In this document: piece by piece, positions 24,665 through 35,031 of the stretch
Layout of the letters: every line of letters begins with the position of its first letter
Numbering within the stretch: the stretch's first letter is position 1
DNA from: Fistulifera solaris
Taxonomy: Eukaryota
Length of the DNA: 64,000 nucleotides
Direction: 5' to 3'
Assembly: GCA_030295235.1 (NCBI GenBank)
Contig: AP026129.1
Coordinates: 1,054,001-1,118,000 of the forward strand
The notes under the pieces: generated by a model
What the model was told of the DNA's origin: nothing
Seen by the model: only the letters and a program-made list of their open reading frames with translations
Database searches by the model: none
Made by a program: the position numbers and the translations under genes

Positions 24665-25990
24665 ATGCGGCGTCAACATGTGCTAGCATTCATAAATCTG
24701 GCGATGCTCTTGCTGAGGTGCGACGCTAGAGAGATTTCCCAGCTGTCGTCGGCCGTTTCTCTCGGTTTCAAGTCGGCGCTGGCTCGAAAGGCATCCTTTG
24801 CACCACCGGCGAATGCACTATCGACGAAAGAAAATACCCGAATCGCCGGTTCCTTTTTCGTATCACCGCGTGGAGTCGTACGCGATCGATCGCCCTCGTC
24901 TTCACGACCTGCACGACCGACGTCCCAAAAGACGACATTAGCAACAATACGCCCTCTGGTCTTCTGGGAAAACATGGTTTGCGGAGCCATTAGCCGTTCT
25001 GTCGCTCAAACCGTCATGCATCCAGCGAATACCTGCAAAACACTCCTTCAGAGCAGTCCGGATTATCGCTTTCGAGAATTGCTGAAACCCAGCATGTTTC
25101 ATCGTTTGAGTATCGGAGCGGGGGCCAATTTATTACTGAGCTTACCGCACGGAGCTATCAATTTCGCCGTCTTGGAAGCGGTTCGTCATCGGCTCGGAAA
25201 ATTGGCGAAACGGTTCGATACACCGGCCCATTTCGATCCGGCCCTGGACTTTGTCAGTAGTTGCATCAGTACCATTTCCTGCAGTGCCGTGTCGACACCT
25301 CAAATGGTGATTATGGACAATATCATGGCGGGTAATTATCCTCATCTAGCGGGGGCAATTACGCAAATTCATGCCAAATACGGAGTAGCGGGGTTTTACC
25401 GTGGGTGGCTGCCGGGCCTCATGGGGAAAATTCCAGCCTACGCATTGACTTGGACATTCTTTCAGCGCTTCAAGAATCTCCGCGCGCGATTGATCCCTGA
25501 TCGACCGGCCTCCAACATTGAGAATAGCATCATGGGAAGTACAGCTAGCGCGTTGACCGTGTGCATCATGATACCGGTCGATACCATCAAGACTCGTTTG
25601 GTCACACAAGCGGGACGCGTGGGGCCCGCTAAATACAAAGGGATCATTGATTGTGCGAGAACAGTACTGCGAGAAGAAGGCCTCGTCAGCTTTTACCGCG
25701 GCTTGCCGCCTCGGTTGGTCAGCGTCGTCCCCATGATCGGTATTCAGTTCGGAGTCTACGAAGCAATGAAACGAATCATGGTGCAACGACAAAAATTCAG
25801 AGCTTCTTCACCAGATACCTACTACGGCCCAGAACAAATCTTGCAAGAAACGTCCATGGAAGTTGCCGCCAGTTTGGCCAATCCATTTCCTGCGCCACGT
25901 TTTCTGAAACGCACAACATCACTGCCACTGCCACCGCGTACGACTTGGTGGGATCGAATGAAGCTTTCCGATAGGACTCTGGCTAACTGA
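24665..25990 (+). CDS. Mitochondrial carrier family (SLC25, SAM-carrier-like) protein with an N-terminal signal/transit extension
   Basis: Three carrier repeats (HPANTCKT, TPQMVIMD, IPVDTIKTRL; GFYRG, SFYRGLPPRL). The N-terminus is hydrophobic, then rich in Ser/Arg. Confidence 0.88.
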   Translation: MRRQHVLAFINLAMLLLRCDAREISQLSSAVSLGFKSALARKASFAPPANALSTKENTRIAGSFFVSPRGVVRDRSPSSSRPARPTSQKTTLATIRPLVFWENMVCGAISRSVAQTVMHPANTCKTLLQSSPDYRFRELLKPSMFHRLSIGAGANLLLSLPHGAINFAVLEAVRHRLGKLAKRFDTPAHFDPALDFVSSCISTISCSAVSTPQMVIMDNIMAGNYPHLAGAITQIHAKYGVAGFYRGWLPGLMGKIPAYALTWTFFQRFKNLRARLIPDRPASNIENSIMGSTASALTVCIMIPVDTIKTRLVTQAGRVGPAKYKGIIDCARTVLREEGLVSFYRGLPPRLVSVVPMIGIQFGVYEAMKRIMVQRQKFRASSPDTYYGPEQILQETSMEVAASLANPFPAPRFLKRTTSLPLPPRTTWWDRMKLSDRTLAN

Positions 25991-28250
25991 AAGCAATAGA
26001 CAATAATGATGACAGATGCTGAAGAATTTTCTACTTTGCGACTTTGCGACGGATCCGAACGCACACGTTGAACTTTAGATTCGCAATATACATTTGTGAT
26101 AAGCCCCCATGGCCACGTCATGGGAAGTTTCCATGAACCGTTATCAGAGTGACAACCTCAACACAACCACAACATTGTCAATTAGCATTTAGATGTGGTA
26201 TAAGAAGTACATTAGACAAGAGTTAAGAGGCAGCGAGCAGCGAGAGGTTCCAGTGCTAATCTTGCCAACTGCCTCGTGACTCGTGAGAGCCTCTCTCTAC
26301 GTAGTAAAGAAATGGACGCTGTACCAGGTAGTGCGGCAACAATACCATGCTGGTGGACCAAAGCGAGCGACAGTCAGACGTCGAAAGACGTCGTTTTCGC
26401 GTTTTTGATCTCGCATTTTCCATCTTTCATTCTTTCATCGGCATGGGCAACAAAGACCTTTCGCAAAGAAATTTGCATAAAACCAGCTTTCTCGATATGG
26501 AACGAATGGATTTGTTGATAGTGTTTTGCTGATATGCAATGAAGAAGTGATTCTCGACACTAAAAGAGTCGTTACTGTAGGGTTCGAGCGACCCAAAAAT
26601 GAAGAAAAAATCGCCAATTGGTGAAAAGATGATGTCGACGGAACCTTATAGACTGCTATAAGCCTTTGTTCAGTCAAACGAAGTATTTTGAGACGGTTTC
26701 CCGACATAAAATGTCAGTTCATCGTCCATGCAAACGTCGGGCGACAGGCATCTTCTATTCAAAAAAAATTTCGTTGTGTCGCAAATCATTTTTTTTATTT
26801 CAAGGCGATCGATATCTGCAATAAAAACTGTAGAACTAACCCAATTAGGGAATCTTAGAAGCGTTTGGGCATCATTTTACGGCTTATATCGACGTGTTTC
26901 ACTTTTCGTGATGTCGTCAGTTGCAGAAGAATGTGCGACATTTGACGCTAGATATCTGTCATTTCTCTTTCGTAAAGTACCTACTTGTTGACTAAGCGCA
27001 TCAACTATATCTTTCATTTAATGTACTGAGCAATTAGAGATGTTTTCGATCATTACGGCACTTTTGATCTAGAACTATATTGACGAGGAAAATGTGAGAC
27101 AAATTCGAGTGAAAACGCCACGATAAAAGCCATCTTGAACTCCGTTCACGTAAACTGTTAGTTTCCAGTCAATAGATTAAGGCATTAACAAGGTAATACC
27201 GCAATAATATCGACAAAATATTGAGAAAAACTTGATGCCTCGCAATAGCAAAAATTCATCTATAAAGTGACCCGTTCGGTTTTCATAGACCCGCCAGTAC
27301 GGATGATGTACAGTCGTTCTAAAAAGAGCAATTGGAAATAGCAATCTGATTGGCTGGAGCAATTGGAACTATGATTTTGATTGGTCGAAGCAACTGACCT
27401 CTAGGATAGTATGTCGCTGTGGTATGAAATTCCCCTATGTAATCCCGACGACGGACAATCCAATTGGGTCCACCAGCATGGTATGGTTGCCGGCAATGGT
27501 TGCCGGTAGTGCTTGTGGCCGAAAACCGAAAACCCCTAACTTTCGACGATCCACAATCCAAAAACTAGCAACTACTGACCACTGACCACTGACCATGTAC
27601 AATCTACAAGAGACAACGTCTCAAATCTCTAGAGTCTCGAGTCTCGAGAACAGCTTGGCTACCAGGTAAGCACATGTTCCTCGTCTACACTTTGTACTAT
27701 GAGCGAGAAGAAAAAGAGTGGACTCCTGCTCTTGAATAATACAGAACGCAATAAGCATGAGGCGTGCAATGATTTCTTTTGCCTTTTGCCTCTTGCCTCT
27801 TGCCAGCTTTTCACTTTTCACATCGACCATCGACACCCGACACGCGACACACCTCTTATCTCTTACCTCTTGCTCTCCACTCTTCGAGATTACTGTTAGA
27901 ATGGGCCATGTGCAACGCTACACTTTAGGGTTCCGAGTTCCGAGGGGCTGTTCGGATAGAATCTACAATCTACCAGTATTTATTGATGGATGGCATCGTT
28001 AAATTCAATGCCCTCTAACAACAGGCTTAATTTACAATAGCAAAAAGTGTCCCACTTTGACTGGAAAATGCACAGGGATGTTGGTGGACAGAAATCAATC
28101 AGCGGTACATTCACAGCCTGCTCACAGTGCGCGCTGTTCGGATTGCAACAGGCGTCGCGAACCTTCGCTCGTGGCCCTCGAACAGTTCTTTGAGCATCGG
28201 AGACGAAATCATAAAACGCGAAAACAGCAACAGTAACAGCAACAACGAAA

Positions 28251-28502
28251 ATGAAAGACGTACCTTCCTCACCACCATGTCAGCACCATGACCCAACGAA
28301 CAGGTCTGCCTTCTACCAAGGAAACACGAATACCTCATTTTTCAACATGGTTGGAATGCCATCCTTAAACTCCCTCTTGCTTGCTTCACTTCCACATGCT
28401 CGACCGGTTCAATTATCTCCTGAGGAACGTCGTCGAGAGCTTATTCGCATTTTGGACATGTCACTAAAAATAGTTGATTTAAACGATTTTGGTGGCGATT
28501 GA
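28251..28502 (+). CDS. Small protein (83 aa) with a C-terminal amphipathic helix; paralogue of 29868..30068
   Basis: SPEERRRELIRILDMSLKI; A/C-rich leader before the ATG; similarity to the neighbouring ORF. Confidence 0.6.
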   Translation: MKDVPSSPPCQHHDPTNRSAFYQGNTNTSFFNMVGMPSLNSLLLASLPHARPVQLSPEERRRELIRILDMSLKIVDLNDFGGD

Positions 28503-28802
28503 AGGTTCGCTGACGAGACCTTCACCATACGCAAACGCAACAAACACTGATACTTTATCCTTGACGAGACATTGATTTTTCAATATAACCTTCATTTACT
28601 AGTCAAACTTTTCATTTTCAACGGGATTCATGACTGTCGTAGATGAACTTGAGCGATTAGCCGAGATGGAAGCAAGAAGGCGGAAGCAGCGGGCTTGGCG
28701 ATGATCATCGATCCCCATTCTCGCGCCTCGCGACGAGAAATTCATCAAAAAGGAGAAAGGAACGCAACAAACACCAAAGGTTCCAGGTACTTATACCCTG
28801 AG

Positions 28803-28804
<2 letters not shown>

Positions 28805-28834
<30 letters not shown>
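28805..28834. repeat. (TCA)10 microsatellite
   Basis: Direct reading. Confidence 0.95.
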
Positions 28835-29867
28835 AGGTACCCAGGCGTTTCAGTTTCCAGACGGAGATTTGGCTGTTCGTAGGTACTGTCCGTGTGTCAT
28901 CACTACTTTGCACGTAAATAATAGACCGTGGCAGATGAATGAAGAATAAATCATTGCGCCCCGCGTCACGTTGTCTTATTCTTTCTCTTTTATTGTGTTC
29001 GTTCCAGTTTCAAACCACGTTCAAATCTCACACCCTGCACCTCGCCAGTCGCCAGCTCACTCGCCCGGTCAAAAATTTGGAATTAGAATCATCAGTCCGA
29101 ATTCCGAATACCGAACACCAGTACCACGGATCATTGATATGACTAGCCCGCGTAAGCGTAAGCGTCTAGTAGATACAATAATAGGGTTGCCAAAGCTGAT
29201 TTCGCTTTGTTCCTTGTTCGCTGCACGCTGCAGATCTTCTTATGACAGGAAGAGAGGTACAGTACACGTGGTAAAAACTGGCATCGCAGCCGCAGCGTTC
29301 GAGATCCGAACATTTTCATTTTTCATGTGAGATTGAAACTTGAAAGCGCAAGACCCTACAGACTTTTGACTCACAGACCAACTTCCACAATGCATTCTCT
29401 CGGGTCACGCTGTCTTAATCTTACTCACAGCCTTTTAAGTGGTTGAAAACCACCTATTAGGATTCCGTTGGTGGAAGCTTCAAGGATTCTGCTTACTTGC
29501 TGAATTTCCTAATTACTAATCCCCCCAACTTGGTACCGAAGAGCGAATGCAGCTTTTGAGAATTTAGACGTCGAACGTGAGTGATGGAGAACAAACACAG
29601 AGAAAAGTGCTCAGGAAGACCTACATATTCGCCTATAGTGATCGGATTTAAGAGTTGCGATTACGAATCGCCGAGGAACAATGACTAGTGCAAACTTGGT
29701 TGACGAATTCGCGGAACGAAAACGGTTGTTCACCTTGCACCGTTCCAGGTTCAGCACCTAGGTACCAGGTAAGCGGACTTTTTTCATTTGCTCCACAAAA
29801 TTTCCTGACAGACATCCTCACCAAGCTGTTCCACATAATCTAAGCCGTCAATTTTTTGCGAAGAATC

Positions 29868-30068
29868 ATGTTGCCTCCCTGTAACGCTCAACATGAAGCA
29901 ACATTTTCCGCAACACTTCATGAAAGCCTTCTTCACAGCACAATCCGAGCCCCGCATTCCCATATAGGCCAAACTCTGAACAGGACACCGGAGCAACGCC
30001 GTCAAGAATTAATTCAAATATTGGAAATGGCTCTCGAGGTTAGCGCTTCGTTCGACGACACACATTAG
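29868..30068 (+). CDS. Small protein (66 aa) with a C-terminal amphipathic helix; paralogue of 28251..28502
   Basis: TPEQRRQELIQILEMALEV, plus shared PPC, SLL and PH segments. Confidence 0.6.
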   Translation: MLPPCNAQHEATFSATLHESLLHSTIRAPHSHIGQTLNRTPEQRRQELIQILEMALEVSASFDDTH

Positions 30069-30424
30069 AGGAGCGGTGTTGTGAAACCGTCACAAACCCG
30101 GTCCAAACCCCCTATGGAGGCTCACGGAGCTAATACAGGACAGACCATTCTTACGGAAGTGTCTGAGTACGATATGAGAAATACTGGAACTAGTCTAAAT
30201 ACAGCTCCGCTTTTTCTATGCATAGAGAACTCAATTTAAACGTATGTAATGGTAGGTCGTGCAACCACCCGGAGAATAGTATGCCTCTACTATGCCTCTT
30301 CCATTTCAACCGTAATCTTGTACAGGTCTGAAATGATGTACAAAGTCACCTTTTTGACTAACGTTGCTGAGAAGACACATTCTGAATCGCAGATTCGCAA
30401 TCATTAGAGATGATTCGATTGTAT

Positions 30425-32496
30425 CTACCTCTGATTCAAGAGGGTCGAGTTAAAAGGTGCAGGTTCTTCAATATCAGCGGCTAGCTCTTCTACCAATACA
30501 AAATCGTCAACATCACAACCTAGCTCATTGCAAAAATACTCCATGTCTTGCAGTCGGACTGTACCGTCTCCGTTCGTATCAGCGTAAGAGTGAACAAACT
30601 CAGCCAACACTGACTCGCGTTGATCAACGCTCAAGCCCAACTTGTCTCGCAACGCCATCTGAATTTCTTCGACGGTGACAATTCCATCGCCCGACATATC
30701 CAAAGCTTCTAGCCGTTGCTCAACACCGCAATCGGCGTAAACATCACAAGCGTCTTCATCATCGTCCATTATCTCGTCACCAATTGCACTCCAAAGTTGA
30801 TTCCAAAGGTTTCGTGCGAAATGGCCCATAAGTTCGGCGTGAATATTCACATAAGTGCCTTTGGGCGGCAACAGATGCGGATTGTCTGTAAAGTACTCGG
30901 TCAATGGCCACGACTGCCCGTTGGTCAGGTCTGAAATCTTAGTTGCTACACGATAGATGCGGTTTAAATTCAGTGGCTCGCCCGCAACGTGCGTCACCTT
31001 CCCTTCAGAATCCTGGACAATCCCCTCATCGTATTGCATCCAACCAGGGACAGGATCGCCCGCATGAGTTGCCTCAATTCCAGCCGCCAAAAACAGAACC
31101 AGGCATTTTGACGACCGCAACGACCTCGTCACTCTTAATTTCGGCTTCGAGAGACTCCAGACTAAAAAACGCATCATCCGGATAATCCATATTACCGCGG
31201 ATGTTCCCTCCCATCAACAATACAGCATCCACCCGGTGCTGACGGTCACGGCGACTCACGTTTAAACTGGTTCGGAGTAGTGAGCAGATGAGCTTTCCCA
31301 TACTACAAACGGATTCGCGGCTTCCATTACTGGTCAAAGGACGGAAGATTTCTGGGATTTGAGCAAGCTCTGTATTTCGGAGAGGCGCAAGAGCTTCGTA
31401 CGCACGTTGATTGGCTTCGTGAGAGGCTGGATTGGGAGCCCAGTCGTCAACTTTCACAAACTTTGCCCGGATACTGGGCTTTTCCTGACTTTCGTCCGAC
31501 CAGCTCAATTCCAACATAGTTGCATACTCCGCATTCATACCAGGCTTGAGCAAGCGAGTTCCATGAATGACTTCGTCCACTCGGTGATGATCATGCCCAC
31601 TCAGAACAACCGGAAAATCGAATTCTTTACACGTCCTATGGTCATCGGGTACGTACAAGTGCTGCAACGGAACAACAATATCACATCCTTCGTCTTCTTC
31701 AAGGATGCGCTTGTATTTCTTCAGTGCTTCCCATGGGTCCGTAATTGTAGCACCACCAAAAGCACCCGGCGCCTTGAAGTGTGAGTACACCGCTGGATCA
31801 TTCGTCAGCACCGCGCACAATCCCACTTTACGAGTGTGTTTACCGTCAGAGCTCATCAACTCGATCACGTCGTATTCAAGCTGATCATCCATCGCTTCAT
31901 GATCGAGCATATTGCTGTTTAACCCTGTGTAAATAGTCGCAAGCAATTAAGATTCAATTCAAAACGCTCGCTCACAATTCCGGCGAGCGAGATTGTACTA
32001 CACTTTCCGGGGAAATTCCGCACATGCGTTACTTGCGTCTTGTGAGGTTGGTCGGCTTCATGATTTCCCCAGGTGATATAATCCAGTGGAATCCGTGCCA
32101 GGGCGCGCATCATTCCAAAGCCGCGGTCGACGGAAGCCAACAAGTAGGGGCTCAAAAGTCTCCCGTCAAGACACTCACGACCGTAGCGCCTTTGGCTTTG
32201 ACGCGCGTTTGCTCCAACAATGTCTGAAAGCTACCCAAGTTCTCCAAGGTGTAAATATCCGTAATCTGCAAGATGCAAAGGCGGCATTCTGAATCCGAGG
32301 TCGGTTCTGGACCCCAGTCTTCGACTTGTTCGTCGACGATGATACTATCTGGTGCGTTGGGTGCACGGCCTCCCCCGGCTAGTCTCTTTTTGTCTTGTGC
32401 ATTCGCAATACCGTTTGTCGCTAGAGCGAAGGTTGGGACGGTGAAGGCCTCGGCCGTCGCAACGCATAGGAGAAGGTTGACCACAAATCTCATCAT
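30425..32496 (-). CDS. Plastid-targeted 5'-nucleotidase/metallophosphoesterase with C-terminal EF-hand pair; frameshifts near 32155 and 31090, intron ~31926..32003
   Basis: Presequence ...VATAEA-FTVP; ITDIY, GDF/LSPYLL, WGNHEAD, LSGHDH, GGNIRG; EF loops DMSGDGIVTVEE and DTNGDGTVRLQD. Confidence 0.85.
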
Positions 32497-32800
32497 GAAT
32501 GAAAAAGTCGAAACGCATTCTTTTCCGTAAATATTTCCAAGTTTGAAAGCATTCTGAACAGAGAAGCAACATGAGATCAGCGATTCAAATAGGCGAACGA
32601 GCAAAATGGAATTCTTTTTAATGCGTTTTCTCGATCGAAGTCTATCGAGTTTCGTGACTTTGCGCCGCAACATTGAGGAGTCACGTGTCTACGTGTCTCG
32701 TCAATCATACTTCAAGAACTCGTGACTCAAATCAATAACAACGATCGACCCACAAGAAAAGAACTCACAAAAGGAGAACTAAAGTCTATTTAACGCGTTT

Positions 32801-33667
32801 CTAGTATTTAAGAAATATATCTCTATTTTCGTTCAAAAAGTTTTCCCATTCTCTCCACGCTGCGTTTGGGATATACTCCAACGGAATTAACCCACGCTTG
32901 TCGGCCGCCAGCAGAAATCTTACTTCGTACTCCAGCAATAACTTGACCACCTCAAAGTCGGGACGACCTGTCCAGCAAGCATCATGGAGAGGATTTCTCC
33001 CTTGTTCGCAACAGACTCGGAGTGATAAGCTTTGCTCCACGAAAAACGAAAGAATATCTAACGCCCCTCGACGAGCCGCTGTGTGCACAACGCTCTCACC
33101 GAACTTATTCGTACATTGAAGATTATGTCCTTTTACTGCAATCTCTTTGATTTTTTCTAAGTCGTGTTGACGAACAGCGCTGGTAAGCTCAATGGTGTAA
33201 CCGTCACTGTTCCAGGGAGCCCAGAAGTCATAGTCTCGATAGGATCGGATGCAAAAGCCTCTCTCAAAATGTCTCGCAGAAGTTGAATGGGTTTCCGCTG
33301 ATCATCTTTCAGTGCTACTGCAGATGCTGTTTGAACGTGATAAAGAATATCTCCAATACGGTTGATCGCCGTATCCGAGCCGACGCGAGAAATTGGATGG
33401 ACTGAAGTGGGTGCCATCATGGAGGGCAAGTCGCCGGTGGAGCTAACAGCGCCTCGTAACAAGTTATGCATAGCTCGAGACAAAAAGAGCTGACGTTTCA
33501 TTTGCGTTTTCTTTACCTTCAAATGCTGACCTTTTTCAATATCGTCTTCCCCCCTCCGAAGAGTCATAGTCACTTTCATCCTCAAAGGACGAATCATCGG
33601 AGTCATCATCATCCACCTCCTCCAGCTCATGTTGAGAAAGAATTTCCAGCATATCTTGGTGACTCAT
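32801..33667 (-). CDS. Diatom-type ankyrin-repeat protein with an acidic N-terminus; about two frameshifts
   Basis: AVRQHDLEKIK...LQCTNKFGESVVHTAARRG, GRNPLHDACW, ADKRGLIPLEYIP. Confidence 0.8.
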
Positions 33668-33867
33668 TGTCTTAAAATCTCTTTTGTGTGGAAAATATAA
33701 ATTTTTCGAAGGTGTCGACTGCGTGACAAACGAGAGAACAAGGTCGGAGCAAAAGTGGAAAGGTCGGGACGACGAGACATTGTAGAAACGTACCTGGTAG
33801 GCCCAAGCGGTAGGTACCGGTACCGGTACCTGGTACTGTACTAGTACCGGTACCGGAAGTTCACTGC

Positions 33868-33944
33868 AAGGTGCGGGAAAAAGTGTACACTCACGTAGGC
33901 CCCCGTAGAGCAATGTACCAAGCAGAGGTGCGTTCCCGTGTCTC
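33868..33944. repeat. ~75-bp dispersed repeat, copy A
   Basis: AAGGTGCGGGAAAA.GTGTAC..TCACGTAGGCCCCCGTAGAG...GTACCAAGCAG is shared with 52870..52941. Confidence 0.85.
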
Positions 33945-34377
33945 CCGACGCATTACAAACAAGGACGTCGTCGTAACGAGTAATCGTCCCCAAGAAAAAT
34001 GGTCATCACTAATCACAATTAACGGAGGATGACCCTGCTTCATCGACCGAAAAGTCCAACATTTTGTTGATGATGTGTGGATCCGAATTTTTGAAATAAC
34101 AAAACGTCTGTATAAAGGATGAAGACAATGGACAAAAGTAAGTCTCATTGCTAATGCTAATGTAAAAGGGTTAGTTCGTAAGCGGAAACCAATCTCTCTG
34201 CATCTCAAAAGTTCATGGAAGCTTTGAAGCAAGAGAAGAGTGCAATCGTAAGTCGAATAATTCGATAAAGCAACACTTTTTATAGATTGTTAACTTTTAG
34301 CATAAACTGTCGAATAAAATGTTTTTCGTCGTTACTTAATAGACTATAGCCGATTTTTACGACATAAGCAAATGATT

Positions 34378-35031
34378 TCAGTTGGATTTCAGAATCAGAG
34401 TTTCTCTTATGGTTGGACGATGGTCTTCTAAAAGATAGCTTCTTTGCGGCATTCTCAGTCCCACAGGCGAACACTTTGTCTTCTCCATCATTGAGGGGTG
34501 TCCAAAGTCTTTCTTGTGTAACGCGCTCAAAGATTTGTTTAGGAAGGCACTCGACTCGCTTGGATCATTCTTTGACCTGATCGGTTTCCGCGGAGGACCA
34601 GATAAAATGAGATCAAATCTCTTCTTGCTCTCTGATTGACAAGGCGGAACAGGTTTATCCACGTTTTGCCAATTGTCGTTCTGAAGACTAAACGTGTTTG
34701 AATAGCTGTCAACGATAGGGGGCAGTAATCGTCTCCGTGCAAGCAAACCACGAGATAAGAGCAGGTGGTTCGGAGCAGTTTCATCAGTCGTGATTGTCGC
34801 GACGGTGTGCGACATTTTCAACCTATGTTTCCCTGCTTGATTATCACTATTCCACCGGCACTGTTTAGTGGACGGCTTTCTTAGATTTGATTTACTTGTC
34901 GACAATACGAGAGGAGGAAAACTCTCCCCATTTTCGGATTTCGACCATGAAGGCCGACGCGCGTTATCTGAAATGATTGTCAGCTCGTCAAAGGAGACAA
35001 CTCGACCGAACAAAGTTTCATGGAGCAGCAT
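34378..35031 (-). CDS. Uncharacterised diatom-type low-complexity protein (IISDNA...RW...PxxPxR motifs)
   Basis: 217-aa ATG ORF with LTIISDNA, CRW, PPRKPIR and LRMPQR motifs. I recognise this pattern from diatom hypothetical proteins. Confidence 0.6.
   Translation of the reverse strand: MLLHETLFGRVVSFDELTIISDNARRPSWSKSENGESFPPLVLSTSKSNLRKPSTKQCRWNSDNQAGKHRLKMSHTVATITTDETAPNHLLLSRGLLARRRLLPPIVDSYSNTFSLQNDNWQNVDKPVPPCQSESKKRFDLILSGPPRKPIRSKNDPSESSAFLNKSLSALHKKDFGHPSMMEKTKCSPVGLRMPQRSYLLEDHRPTIRETLILKSN

Noticed and set aside
28695..28949. Poly-His ORF as a metal-binding peptide
   Set aside because: The His run comes from a (TCA)n microsatellite, the ORF has a non-ATG start, and there is no other coding signal.
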